From Cladosporium halotolerans (Eukaryota), in the NCBI RefSeq assembly GCF_011745625.1, contig NW_027191466.1, positions 248,001 through 312,000 of the forward strand: a stretch of 64,000 nucleotides of DNA, given 5' to 3'. A program made the translations under genes and the position numbers. Below the pieces are notes generated by a model. It was not told where the DNA came from. It saw nothing but the letters and a program-made list of their open reading frames with translations, and searched no databases. Below, piece after piece: positions 34,374 through 47,835 of this stretch (its first letter is position 1; every line of letters starts with the position of its first letter).

Positions 34374-37007
34374 CTAATACGGCCAAGTCCAATCCGTAAA
34401 CTCCTCGACGTCCATGCCCGTCTCATACGCATGGTTCTTCGCCCTAATCCTCTGCTCGACCAACTTCTCCCGCGCTCCCGCGCCCCTATTCCCCAGCCTA
34501 TCCTTCATGTTGTCAATCGCCAAAATCGCCAGCGAGAACCGATCTGTCTCGTTCCTGATCGCCAGCTCCAGCGGCGTGTTGATGTTGCCCTTCTCCTTGT
34601 ACCCGCGCACATGCATGAGGTGCTGGCCGGGCCGGTTGTACGTCAGGCGGTGGACGAGCCAGGGGTAGGAGTGGAAGGCGAAGACGATGGGCTTGTCGGC
34701 GGTGAAGAGCGCGGTGTACTCGCGGTCCGTGAGGCCGTGCGGGTGGTAGCCATGCGGGATGAGCTTGAACAGGTCGACGACGTTGACGAAGCGCACCTTG
34801 ACGTCGACGTCGGCGAAGTGCTGGCGCAGCAGCGCCGTCGCCGCCAGCGCTTCCTGCGTCATGACGTCGCCCGCGCTGGCGATCACGACGTCCGGCTCGG
34901 CGCCGGCGTCGTTCGACGCCCAGTCCCAGATGCCGATGCCTTTGGTGCAGTGCGCGACGGCGGCCTCCATGGGGAGGAATTGCAGGTGGTTTTGCTTGTC
35001 GGCGACGATGACGTTGACGTAGTTGGTCGAGCGGAAGCAGTGGTCCATTGTGCTGAGGAGGCAGTTGGCGTCGGGCGGGAGGTAGATGCGGACGACTTGA
35101 GGGGACTTGTCGACGATGACGGAGAGGAAGCCTGGGTCTTGGTGCGTGAAGCCGTTGTGGTCTGGTGGGTTTGTCAGTGATGTTCTTGATGCTTTTGGGA
35201 GATTGGGGGAGAACGAACCTTGACGCCAGACGGTGCTGGTCAGCAGGATGTTGAGCGACGACACGGCCTGTCGCCACGCTACCTCCAGGGACTTCTCGAT
35301 CCACTTGGAGTGCTGGTTGACCATCGAGTCGATGATGTGCACAAATGGCTCGTACGAGTTGAGCAAACCGTGGCGACCGCTGAGGATGTAGCCCTCGAGC
35401 CAGCCCTCGACCGTGTGCTCGGACAACATCTCCATGACACGGCCGTCGGGGCTCAGGTTTCCACCATCCTCGTCTTCAGGCAGGTAGCCGTTGACCCAGA
35501 CCTTCTTGCCGGCGTCGTAGATCTTGCTGAGCTTGTTGCTCTCCGTCTCGTCGGGGCCCATGACGCGGAAAGTCTCCTGGTTGTCGCGAACGATCGTGTA
35601 CAGGAACTGCGCGAAAGTGCTCATGGTCGGGGCCATGGTCACGCCGGGCTTGTCGACCTTGAGCCCGAATTCGCGGAAGTTCTGCAGGCGCAGCGGCTGG
35701 CGCAGCAAGCCGCCGTTCGTGATCGGGTTCTCGGACATGCGCTGGCCCTTCGTGGGCGCCAGCTCCCTGAGCTCAGGAATGAGCTTGCCCTCCTTGCCGA
35801 ACAGCTTCTCCGGCTCGTATCCGTGCATCCACGACTCGAGCGTCTTGAGCTCCTCCGGGTTCGTCAGGACCTTGGTGAGCGGGACCTGGTGGGCGCGCCA
35901 GAAGCCCTCGAGGTAGTGGCCGTCGTTGTTCTTGCGCGGGGCCGTCCAGCCCTTGGGCGAGCGCAGGATGATCATGGGCCACTTGGGGCGGAAGGCCTTG
36001 CCGGAGTCGCGGGCTTCTTTCTGGAACTTCAGAATCTCCTTCACGCACGTCTCCATCGTCGCCGCCATGGCCTGGTGCATGCTCTCGAGGTCGTGGCCGG
36101 CCACGACGTAGGGAGTCCAGCCGTAGCCGCGCATGAGCGAGATGAGCTCTTCCTCGTCGATGCGAGCGAGCACTGTCGGGTTGTTGATCTTGTAGCCGTT
36201 CAGGTGCAAGATAGGCAGCACGCAGCCGTCGCGGATCGGGTTGAGGAACTTGTTGCTGTGCCAGGATGTTGCGAGCGGGCCCGTCTCGCTCTCGCCGTCA
36301 CCGACGATTGTGAGGGCGATGGTCTTTGGGTTGTCGAAGACGGCGCCGAAGGCGTGCGAGAGCGAGTAGCCGAGCTCGCCGCCCTCGTGGATGCTGCCTA
36401 CTACCTGTTGCCAGTTGTGATCAGTAAATTGTGCCTGTGAGTGTCTGTAAAGGCGATGTGCTTACCTCGGGGGTCATGTGGCTGCCGTGTCCGCCAGGGA
36501 AAGAGAATTGCTTGAAGAATCGCTGCATGCCCTCCTTGTTCTCGGAGACATTGGGGTAAGTCTCACTCCAGACACCCTCGAGGTAGAAGTTCGAGATGAG
36601 ACCAGGAGCACCGTGGCCGGGACCAGAAACGACGAACGCATCAAGACCGTACTTCTTGATCATACGGTTGAAGTGAATGTATCTGCGATTGGTCAGTGCC
36701 TTGCAATCGTCAATGTGAGCCCAAAGGTGGAACCAACTCACGTGAATGACTGCCCAGCATCACTTCCCCAGTGTCCGAGCAATCTTGGCTTGATGTGGTC
36801 TTTCTTCAGCTCTTCTTGGAGGAGAGGGTTCTCCTTAAGATACAGCATGCCCAGGCAGAGGTACATGGTGGCGTGGAAGTAGCGGGTGAGCTTGTCGAGC
36901 TCATCTTTGCTCAATGGCTCGCCGCTGACGGTCGAGCGAGTCTTGTTGTAAACGGACCATTCGCCCTGGCCTTCGGTGAGGGTGCGCTGGGCCACTTCGG
37001 ACGCCAT
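34374..37007 (-). CDS. Xylulose-5-P/fructose-6-P phosphoketolase (XFP), 818 aa; exons 37007-36742, 36682-36466, 36404-35219, 35161-34374
   Basis: KPRLLGHWG, GPGHGAP, GSIHEGGELGYSL, TPP-binding VGDGE, LHLNGYKI, GPDETESN, WRQDHNGFTHQDPG. Confidence 0.96.
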
Positions 37008-40000
37008 TGCGCTGGTGTTTGAGGTTGTATTTTACTGGGTGTAGGTAGGTATGTGGGTGAGGTGGGGGAGGGAGAAATGTGCTTCGGTGAGGTACAGAGA
37101 ACGGTTTTGGGAGGGTAAGGTATCTAAAGCTCACTTGCCTGGTTCACGTACCTTTTCCGTCTAGGTGCTTTCACGGACATCGCCTGATGACGGCTTGCCG
37201 TAGACGCGGTACGCGGAAGCTTCGGATGCGCGTGCAATGGTTGCGTGGTTGCGCGGTTGGGAAGCTTCGGAGCTGTCTGGTCCCACGTTGGCCCTGACAT
37301 CACTGCCGGCCAAATAGCAGAGGCGATCCCCACGGCGCGTGCATTATTCTGACCGCGTCCCGCCCTCCTCGCGAGACGGAGCTGCAAGCATGTGCCGCCG
37401 GATGCTGCAAACAGAGCTGCCTTGTCGCTTCGAGGCGAGCCGGTGGTTGGCCGCGGTTTTGCAGAAGCTATTCACATGTTTGCAGCACGTCCGCAATTGG
37501 CCTACTTGTGGCAATCAGGGACAGGAACGAAGAGCTGCACGCCCCGGGCGAGTCAACCATAGCTGGAAATAAAGGATCTCGACCATGAGCGTTACGTCTA
37601 GTTAGCCGCCGGATGCCATCATATCAAAACTCTGTTCGCCTCCACTTTGACGTCGCCGGAGCAGTCTCCCCCGCCGAGACTTATTACACATTGCGTTGCT
37701 GCCACGTGTTGACCTTCATATTGCGCAAACGAAGCTTGAGGCGAGCTTCACGCGACTCGTCTGATGTCCTGATTCTGTCTCAAGTGCACATTCCTACTTT
37801 CAATCGGGGAATACTGAGGTCGACATGCAGTTCGGTGACACCGCGTTAGGGCAGAAATGATCGCTGGATCGGCGACCACGCCGCAGCCCGCCGCCGCCCG
37901 AAGCTTGCTGTGGCTTGCTTGCTGTTGCCGGCTGCCGAGCGGCCAGACGAGAATTCCACCACGAGTTGAGAAACCCACACAGCGATGACAAAGCGTTGCG
38001 TGTCCTTCCGAACATCACAGCAAGGGAAATACAGGCATTGCAATGACAGCGCTCTCGAGCACGCAGAGCAACATGAACATGAGGGGAATCGACGCACGAT
38101 GCTGACTGTGCATCAGACGAAACTTTCAACGTGTTCTTGCAGCTCGAGACGCCGAACCCCGCTGGTGATTGCGGACATCGCCTGTCTTTGGCGAACAGAC
38201 AAGACAAATGAACATGCCGCCTGCCGTTGTTGTCCTATACCAAGGGCTGGGCGTCGCCACGATGCTGGTATTCCTTTTCGCCCTTCTCTCGGCAGACGCA
38301 GCTCCTGTCTGGTAGAGTGTGCGGCCAACTGCGGGCTCAGCAACCATGTACGGTCGGTTGCATAAACTGGCCGAAATCTGTGCAGAAAGCACGGGCATAG
38401 CTGGGCATTGATTATCTCACCGCACGTTCGAATGCGTGCTCAGGCTTGAAGCCTGCAAGGGTGGCAATGCTGGATTTTTCATGTTCGCCATCATTCCCTT
38501 TCCGTTGCGGTCTATCCGGATGCGATGACCGCTGAGGAAACTGTGGCCAGCAGGTCTCGCAAAAGAGTCGTGTCTATTGTCTCTCGCCCCTGCTATAGCT
38601 CGGCGATACCCAGCACCAAGGGGGACTCCCTGGGCGAGATTATGTTCTCATGTCTGCTTCGTATGCAGGGTTTGGGTCTTCTTTGGTCTCACAATACCGG
38701 CGGCAGTTTTGGCGAGGTTGTTGACAGTGCTGGCCCGGTAACGACACCTCTTTCCGACAGTCACGCGAACAATGTTCTTCTGCCTTTTCGGATACCGTGC
38801 TTGTGAGCTCGGAAGGCTAATACCATTCGCGACTGAACAATAGGCCAGCAGGAACGTAAGCAGCTGAAGTAGCTCTCCGGTCAACGTAGGAGGCAATGCG
38901 AAGACCAAGGAAGAACATTCTCAACGGGTCAAATTCTGCTGACCGCATCCTCTCACAGCGCCTGTGCCAACGCAGCAAACGTATCGCTGAGCGCGCGGCG
39001 GCTTGACTACAGACAGCGGCGTAACGGTCCTGGCCACTAGCTCGATCGTTGATCTCGAAGTGGCTGTAGGTGGGATACTGGCAAAGCGTTCACATACTTC
39101 AGCCTTTCCACGTTCCCCAGCGGCCACGCAATCTAAAACGGACATCATCATCGCTACGTACACGTATCAGTCACGCATACCACCACGTTTTCCGGCGAGC
39201 ATGCAGACGTGCAGACGAAGTCAAAGGAGTATCTGGTCGTGCCGGTGGAGCGCGAGGCTAAGATCTAACGGCTGGGTGCACGGACCATGGAGGGCTGGCT
39301 AGATCTGTTTACCAGGTAATGGGGATGGCTGGACGAACTCCTCTCCTCGCTCCCACCAACGCCACGCTGTCGCTCTGCTATGCCTTTCGTCGCAAGCCAA
39401 GGGCCAAGCAAGCGACAATGTGTTCGAGTCAGTAAGAGCATGGCGCCACATCTCGCCAAATCTCCGTGCCCTCGAGCGCATTGCAGTCTACAATGCCTGG
39501 TCTCGATCTATACACGCCTCAACAGCCTTTTACCGGCACTCGCTCCATGACGGGGGGGTTTCATCACAAGTGCAACTCGACTTTCTAGAAGGTGAGCGCC
39601 TCACGCAGAGATGGCAACCGTTGGACGTTGTTCGTCACGGACGCGCGTCTGAACATGAGGTCTCAGACACCCCATTGCGAAGAAACAACCTCTCGGCACT
39701 CATCCCCAGCACTGGCGCAACTAGTATTTTCTCTTACCCGCCACTTTCGCGGGTTCGGAGAGATAGAGGTTTGTTTAGAGACTCGTTTCGGAATAGTGGC
39801 CTTGAGGCTGCCGGCCATCGATTTAGACTCTGGATGCGGCTGGACAACGCTCAGCGGCCGTTGCCAAGGAATGGTATAGGCGAACGCAATGCCTCGCTCG
39901 TCGCATTAATGAAAACACTCACAAGTCATGGAGAGCTGATTATGCGAGTACATAGAGGTGAACTGGCTGCACACTTATCTTACGGAAAGCAGATGCAGTT

Positions 40001-40314
40001 CCATGATGTGTACTGCAGCACTGGCCGTACTCAGGCCTCGAGCACTTCACTGCCGCGGGTGGGTGAGGTCAATGCGTTCACGATACTTCGATACTGTACG
40101 TGCACTCGTCCTAGCCTCATTCAGGTCTTGCGCCCCAACCTTACGGTCTTACAGTCCCGCAGTGGGCCTTTCACTACAGCCCACTGCGTTTTTACAACCA
40201 GCCTCTGTATACAGCCACTCGACACCGCGACTATGCATTTTGGCTCTGTATATAGCATGATGGAGAAACCGTGTGATCCTTGTCGTCTCCATCCAGCATC
40301 ACCCAGCCAGCATC

Positions 40315-41767
40315 ATGCATCTCATCTCGACCATCGCCCTATCCGCAACACTTCTGGCACAGCTGGGTTCTTCACTCCCAGTTGGATCATCATGGAACTC
40401 TACGGCCAACGCAACTCAGACACTTGACCAAGATGACAATGCAGTCAACTCCACTGCTGCGAACTCTACTATGTTAGCCGCCGAAGGTGCAAACAACATT
40501 ACCGGCGGCAAGCTTCCTTTGGAGCTCATCAACCACCTGCCTAGTGACAACATTTACGCATACGTCACCGGTCAAGATGCATCAGGCCAACTCATCCTTT
40601 TGGACTCGAACAACGAATGGTTCTACCCCAAGGCGGAGGGTGGAGAGGGAGAAAAGACACCTTTGCCTGACCATGTGAAGCACAAGCTTGGCCCACAATT
40701 CAGCACGACCAAATTCACCCTGCCCCATTACATCTACAGCTCTCGCATTTGGTTCGGTGACGGAGGCCTTGACATGTTTGTCGTCAAGACGCCGGATGGT
40801 CAAGGTCTTGCTGAGCCTTCAGCTCTGAACCGCATGGATCCAAACAACGTCACCAACTGGGGATTTGTCGAGTTGACGAACTCCAAGGACTGGGGTCTTT
40901 ACGCTAACTTGAGCTTCGTCGACTTCGTTGGTATGGCGCTTGGCATCAAGCTTCGCCGTTCTGGAAACGACACACAGGAGGCAAAAGGCGTGCCCACAGC
41001 CGGCAAGTACAAAATCTGCGACGACCTTAAAGCTCAAGCTGCGAAGGATGGCCAGCCCTGGGGCGAGCTTTGTGTCTACGACGACAAGGGCGATCTGATG
41101 CGTGTCGTCTCCCCGGCAGGCTTCCTGTCCACCAACTTGACCGCGTTTGAAAACTACTGGTACCCTTACACCAACGAGACTGCCGACAGATACGAGAGCG
41201 ACGTCCTGACCATTGACACCCAATCCCCTGCCGGCAAGGTCGACTGCAGGTGGCAAGCATCTACCAATGCTAGTGCCAACGGCAACATGGAGCTCGTGTG
41301 CGACGGCGACACCCGTCCCTTCCCGCCTCCTACCTCCGAGGATGTCTTTGGATGCAACACTGGTCCTTTCGCCATCCAAGAGGGCGACAGCGACGTTCAC
41401 AAGGCTATCGTTCCCCGTCTTTGCGCAGCCTACAACCGTGGCACATTGCTCATCAACGGTGGCGATGTCCAGCCGGGTGTTGACCCTGCACAGTACTACC
41501 CTGGTAAGCAGAATCGGAAGTTTTCTCAGCCTGCACCTTATTGACTTTTACACAGCTTCTTCATCCTCCCTCAACTGGTACTCTAAGATTACCCACGACG
41601 TGCAAATCGATCACCGCGGCTACGCCTTCTCGTACGACGATGTGACAATCGACCCGAAGCACGATGCTGCCGGCGTTGTGACAGGCACCAACCCAGAGCT
41701 TTTGACCATCGTCGTCGGTGGCTACGAGGACAAGGCCGCTGCTATCCTCCAATCCGCGCTCTACTAA
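40315..41767 (+). CDS. Secreted GH64 beta-1,3-glucanase-like protein, 466 aa; join(40315..41503,41556..41767)
   Basis: Signal peptide; WGFVELT, LYANLSFVDFVG, VPRLCAAYNR, NWYSKITH, GYAFSYDDV. Confidence 0.9.
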
Positions 41768-42232
41768 TCGGACGAATTCGCATGAAGCGAAAGATGATAC
41801 ACATACACGACACTTACTAATGATTTGCATGATTGACCGGAGTTTTGGACATTGCATTATTTGGCATTATTTGGCATTGGGCTGGTTTGGCATCAAAAAA
41901 TTACGCGATACCCACGGGAGGCATTTTTTGTACGAGAGTTTGCATGAGTCGAGATATTTCTAATGACGCTTTAACTTCATTTTCTATTTTCGCAGTCCTT
42001 GTTCATTCCGTTTGACTTTTGGACGCAGCACTGTTTGGTCGCTTTTCCTCCCCTCTTCTCCGCACGCTGATCATCAACCTTGTGTGACCAACCTTCGGTA
42101 ATCGCGTTTTATCCTTGGACGCTCTGCCGAATTATTTACGTCACTTCGGAGGCCTGACAGATCCGCAGTATAAATCTACAACCGATCAATGACTTGCTTC
42201 GCATTGACTAACAATACTCACTTTTCCGACAG

Positions 42233-43400
42233 ATGAGCATGGCTTTCTTCGGCCTCAAGGCTGCCGTCTGCGCAGCAGTCCTCTTCTATTGTGTCGGCGC
42301 ACAGCAAGATCCTCGCGTGAACACCGCCATTGTCACCGAGACGCCAGTCAACGCCGTCAGCACAACTCCCGACGGCCGGACGTTCCTGCTGTATGCTCGC
42401 GTCGATGGATCAACTGGCCCAACAGTGGTCGAGTACCAGAATGGCTCGGTCACGCCTTACCCGAACCTCGAATGGAACTCCTACAATGCATCAAAGGACC
42501 CCTCGACCCACTTCGTACGCATCAACAGCCAGCGCATCGGTCCCGACGGCAAACTCTGGATCGTCGACGTCGGAAGCCCTTCTTTCGGCGAGCCGGTGAT
42601 TCTGCCTCAAGGCCCTAAACTTGTGGTCATTGACCTCGACACGAACGAAGTCTCGAAAGTCTACCCAATGGGCAATGTCACCCTCGCAAACAGCTTACTG
42701 GACGACGTCCGCTTCAACCCAGCTGCAGGCAAAGCGTACCTCACCGATGCCGGCGTGCCGGCATTGATCGTGCTCGACATCGCTTCTGGTACGGCTAGAC
42801 GGTTCCTGGAAGACGACATCTCGACGCGCGGCAACATGCCTGTCTCCGGCGAGGGCAAGCTCATGCGTGGTCCCGATGGAGACTTTCAGTACATCTACGC
42901 CGATCAACTGGAAGTATCACCGGATGCGAAATGGTTCTACTACCAACCTGCCTCGGGCGGCATGTACCGGATCGAGACGAAATACCTGGATCAAGCTTTC
43001 TACAACTCTTCCATGGCGAGCGTACTGTCGCAGTACACGGAGCCGTACGCTTTGACTCCGTCGACAGGTAACGTTCCCAAAAGCTGGACAATCACAAGTA
43101 CTGACATCCATCCCAGGCGGCACCGCTATCGATGCAGAAGGTAATATCTACGTAAGCGACACTGACCGCCAGAACATCCTCAAGGTCTTCCCAAACGGCA
43201 CGATGACCGTTTTCATCCGCGACGAACGACTGCTCTGGGTCGACGCCATGTGGGTCGACACACAGCAGCGGCTCTGGATGCCGGCGGCGCAGTTGAACCG
43301 TGGCACTCCGTTTAACAATGGCTCGAGTTTTGTGCAGAAGCCTCTGTACATTTACACTGTCGATATTGGTTCTGGGCCGCCGGCTATTGATCATGCTTGA
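42233..43400 (+). CDS. Secreted major royal jelly protein/yellow-like beta-propeller, 372 aa; join(42233..43067,43117..43400)
   Basis: Signal peptide; PYPNLEWN, LWIVDVG, GPKLVVIDL, DDVRF, AYLTD, GGTAIDAEGNIYVSD, DERLLWVDAMW. Confidence 0.88.
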
Positions 43401-43528
43401 TGGAATGTCGACTCGATCTATATGTAGAAAGAAACTTTGTGCAACGTCTATGCAAAGAGATAATGAAATTACAAAGAGACTTGCCGCATACTCTTCGTTA
43501 ACCAAATCGTAAAACACGTCTCGGGAGA

Positions 43529-45182
43529 CTACCTTCGTTGTTCCGCATCGTCCTCTCCTTCTTCCAGACTGACATCGCTCGCCCGGCGGCTGTCAATCAC
43601 AACTTCCGCAGGCGGCACAGTTTCATGCTGATGCAGCTTCATGTTTACGAATAGCGCGTACAGTCCGAAGTCATAAGCCAGCCGCAACGCACCAGCGACC
43701 AGGAACGCAATCCAGAATCGGTCGCCAGCCGCCAGAACGCCGGTAATAGACGGACCAACCATAGCAGCCAGCGTCCGCAGCGTGCTCGTGATGCCCATCA
43801 CGGCCGTGCGTTCCTCCGGCCTGACGACTGCGGCAATGAACGCGGCACGCGGCGCCTGATCCATATTGTTCAGCCCGGCACGAACAAAGAGTAGAATAAC
43901 GGACATCCAGAAGTGCGACGGCAAACCGAACAGAAACACGGCTGCGGAGGACGGCACGTGGGTGAAGACCATAGTGTTGATCAGACCAATTCTGCGAGCC
44001 AGTGGGCCAGCGAAGACACCTCCGACGGCTGCCAGGAGGTAGCTGACGGCCGTCACGTCGCCGAGCGTTGCTTTGGAGGGCTTGAACTCTCGTTCCAGCC
44101 ACAAATTGCACAAGGCGAAGGGGACCATGCCGTCAGCCACGCTGTCTGCCATGAGCAGGAGCCAGAGCTTGTACATGATGTGGCGGGTGGGTCGCGAGAT
44201 GTTCGACAGCCAGCTGCCGGCCCATGCCAACCATGAATTGCTTCCAGAACTCAATGGCTCGCTGGCTTTCCGTGGTGGTTGCGTTGATGAAGGCTGTTCA
44301 TCCATTTCGACATCGTCGTTTTCGTTCTGTGGCACTTGCTCGTATTTGTCGGACGTTTCGCTAGCTTCACAGGCGCTAGTCATAAGTGAGACCAGTGCCG
44401 CATTCACCAATCCCATAACTGCGTAACCGATGAAAATCGAGTGGTAGGCATTGGCTAAAGTCCAGCCTTTCTCGTCGCGCAGGAAGTCGACGATTCGCCC
44501 TGCGGCTTCGCTACCGACGGACAAGCCCCATGTTGAGATCGTCACGTACCATGCTAGGACATCCGAGCGACTTGTCGGTGTCGTGAGCTGAGAAATTATG
44601 GACCTAGGGATGTTATTAGCCGCGTATGGGTGGAACGATTAGTGGTGGAATATTTTAGTACTCTTCAATGGCTCGGAATGGACCAAAATCTCCGCCAGTC
44701 GTGCTGACAACGCCTATGAAGTGTCAGAATGGTTGAATCCCCAAAATGTCTTCTTGGATACTCACCGACAATGGCCGCGATAAGCAAGATCCAGAAATTC
44801 TCAAAGTACGCAAAAACAAGACCGCTGACGATCATCAGGGCCGAGCCTGCGAAGAGGATCTTCCGCCGCCCAACTCGGTCAGCGATCATCGTTAAAAGAA
44901 TCCCCAGAAAAACATCACCGAGTAGTGTGAGTGTCATGAACAGGCCGATCCGAAAATCCGAAAACTTCAGCTCAGCAAAGAACAAAGCTATGTTGGAATC
45001 AGCACAAGCTCAAGACCATTCGAAGCTACACAGATACCTAGCATCACCTGTGTCATGCCAAAAGACACCATCCTCATTGTCCTCGCAGTGATAATGAGAT
45101 AGGCATTGCGGCCAGTGGCCTGGATCGACACAAGGCCGAACTCATTGTAAAACCAGCGAAGCGAACCAGCAATTGACGCCAT
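43529..45182 (-). CDS. MFS transporter, 497 aa; exons 45182-45038, 44987-44766, 44713-44662, 44603-43529
   Basis: MFS motif A ADRVGRRK, GGDFGPFRAIEES, ARRIGLINTMVFTH, MDQAPRAAF; multiple hydrophobic segments. Confidence 0.9.
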
Positions 45183-45750
45183 GCAGCAGTTTGTTCAGAA
45201 GATGAATCTCACACTGCAAGCAGCGCAACCTTGTAAGCGGTCAAGTATAAACTGAAGTTACTGAATTATGCCCGGGTTCGCTCAGCTCTCTTTCGGAGTC
45301 ATCAGATTGGCTGGTCATTCGGATGTACGAGGCCGACTTCGCTCGCTCAACGGGGCAGGTGCCGTGCCGCCCTTTTCGGGCTTTCTTTGCTCCGAAACAT
45401 CTTACCAACCACCTACTTGACTTCATGATCTGATTTCTGAAGTGTTAAATCCATCAACCCTTGATCGGATTTCAGTCACAGGATCTAATCGAAAACATTC
45501 TTGTGATGCATCGCAAGATCTTCGGTTGCACTGCATAGGTCTGACGTGGTCGGCAGCGTTGCAAGATGATTTGCTCTCTAAGCGAGGGCTTTCGTCGACC
45601 ACGCACAGTCCAGCTGCAACCTGTATCGCAAGGATTATCCGACTGCATGTACGTGCGGCTGAGTGTGAAAGGTAAGAGAGCTGAAGATATTTGAAGCTGG
45701 TCAAAGATACTGCAAAAACAAAGGCATGAAAAATCCAGCATTTGACAAGC

Positions 45751-47727
45751 ATGAGTTTCGAGGGCAACGTCGCAGTCGTCGCTCTTATTGTTTCGTTGAT
45801 AGCACTGCTCATAGCACTCACACAGGCTTCGGTTCAGCTCTTCAGCACGGCAGTAGGTTATAGCAAGTGTGCTGAGTCTATCATCGGGCCTTGGTCTTCG
45901 AAACGACATCGCAGATGGCTCTGGTCCGAATTCCGGTTTGAAACACAGTTCGTGACACCGCACATTGTTCTGTTCACTCCACTGGAGTTAGTGGCTGCTG
46001 GAGACAATGCATGCTTGTTGTCTTTGCAGCGCGGAGATCGCAAGGACTTCCCTGAAGTGGAATTATCGCTACACCCAAACAGCGATACCACCCGCGTGAG
46101 AAGGACAGATTCGTCAGGCCGCAAGCTCAGCAACTTGCAGAGTCAGGCCGACTTGGAAACGCGGATGATATTTACGCATGTTCGCATTGCCAACAGGCAG
46201 CAAGTATGGAGTGGGTCCATGGTGACCTGGCTCACGTTGCTGCGCGAGGCGCACAGCGTGTACGTTAAGTACTGGCCTGACGAACATTGCTTCGAGCACG
46301 AGTTTTCGGATAAGATCTTCCACCGTAATCGGCCAGATCGACCTTCTCGGATCACAAGCGGATCAATGGCGCTCAAGTCTTCCATCAGGAAAGCCCGGCC
46401 CGCAGTCGGTCACCAGAACGAACAGAGATCCGATGTGGGTGTCATCTATCGAACCTGGAGTTGGGACCTGATGCCAGACATGGTCCGACCATTGGCCACT
46501 TCCACCGTTGGTGACATCGTAGTGCTTGCGCTCCGGCTGGGTATGGAGTGGACAGAACTTGATCTCGGTCAAGGCAAAATGCAAGCCTCTGGCAACGGCT
46601 GCAGTCTGACATCGACCGAGGTTCGGGGCCTGGGGATTCTCGCCAGCTTCAGTGCTGCAGGAGGACAAGGAGCCTCGCCGTATCTTGTTCCCAGCCGTGC
46701 TGTCGATGTCAGTGTTGTCCTTCTCACCCTCGTTCTTAAGCATTCTCTAACATCGATATAGAAACTCATGTGCGGTGTTCTTCCCGGATGTCCGTACCTG
46801 GTCCATCGAGACTACAACCTCATCGGACGAGATCGCGAGCTACTCAAAGACGAGATCCTGGGAGCGCTGGAGATCAGCGACGACATCCGGTCAAGCATAA
46901 TGAAGCGCGACCGTCGTCTGACGCACAACGATATCCTGACATTGCCGTGCACTTTCCTCCCGCAGAAAGACTCGTCAGCCGCAAACCATTACTGCTGGTA
47001 CTGGCGTGAAGCAAGCCCGTTCTCAGTCTTTCACTGGTGGGAGGGCCGATATGCTCTTCTGCGCAGTCTACGGAAGCGTGTGTCGCACCTTGCGGAAAGT
47101 GAGAGCAAGGTACTCCGAGATGCTCTGGTTCGCTTCGAGGCTTTGTCTTCCGGCGAATATGAAGAAGACTTCTTCTCCCGATGGCAGGATTCAAATCTGT
47201 CTAACAGCGGGGATAAACCAGTGAAATCCAGAGCTTACCTGATAGGCATTCGCGACATTTTCGACTGGACGACCGAGTACTTAGAATCAATGAGATTTGG
47301 CAGTTGGGAGATCAACGGCATGACACCCTACACTCGACTCGTTGCAGCACACTTGTCTATGATCCACGACGCGATCGAGGTCGTCAACGAGATGCTGAGA
47401 AAACAGAAAGATGCGAAGGCGGACGTCGGCCAAGAAGCACTGAAGAGGAAGTACGACCTCGACGGCGTTCACTCGTACTTTTTCGGACAGAACATGTACG
47501 AGTACGGTATCGCGTACGCGGAACACGTTGATCATCCAGACTTCGGCGTCGTGAAATATTTCCGGGACCGAGACAACAGCCTACCGGAGGCTACTATTGT
47601 AGATGCCTGGTGGGTCTTGATGTTGCGCGGCGTCGCTTGGGATATGGGTACCGTTGGACGCGCAGGACCCGGCCAGGCAGTACCGTCTTATCTTTTCAAT
47701 AACCAGACGCCTGTGTGGATCACCTGA
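45751..47727 (+). CDS. Modin-like hypothetical protein with N-terminal hydrophobic helix, 640 aa; join(45751..46707,46762..47727)
   Basis: VALIVSLIAL..Q..STAVGYSKC..IGPW...EFRFETQF.TP and SWDLMP..VRPLAT...LALRLGMEW patterns resemble fungal proteins annotated as modin; canonical intron; family call from memory. Confidence 0.75.
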
Positions 47728-47835
47728 GATTTGGGTAGTAAGATAGCGTGTCTCTCCGATAAAGAGTCGCCAATCTTGATTAACTTTTATTACAGCCGTG
47801 TCACCTTTTTTCGAACCATCCGCATCCTACATCAT

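Noticed and set aside
38422..38439. GCACGTTCGAATGCGTGC hairpin resembling a tRNA T-arm
   Set aside because: No acceptor, D or anticodon arms around it.
39420..40427. 335-aa ORF upstream of GH64
   Set aside because: Overlaps the GH64 start out of frame, has no motifs and no codon bias; treated as promoter sequence.
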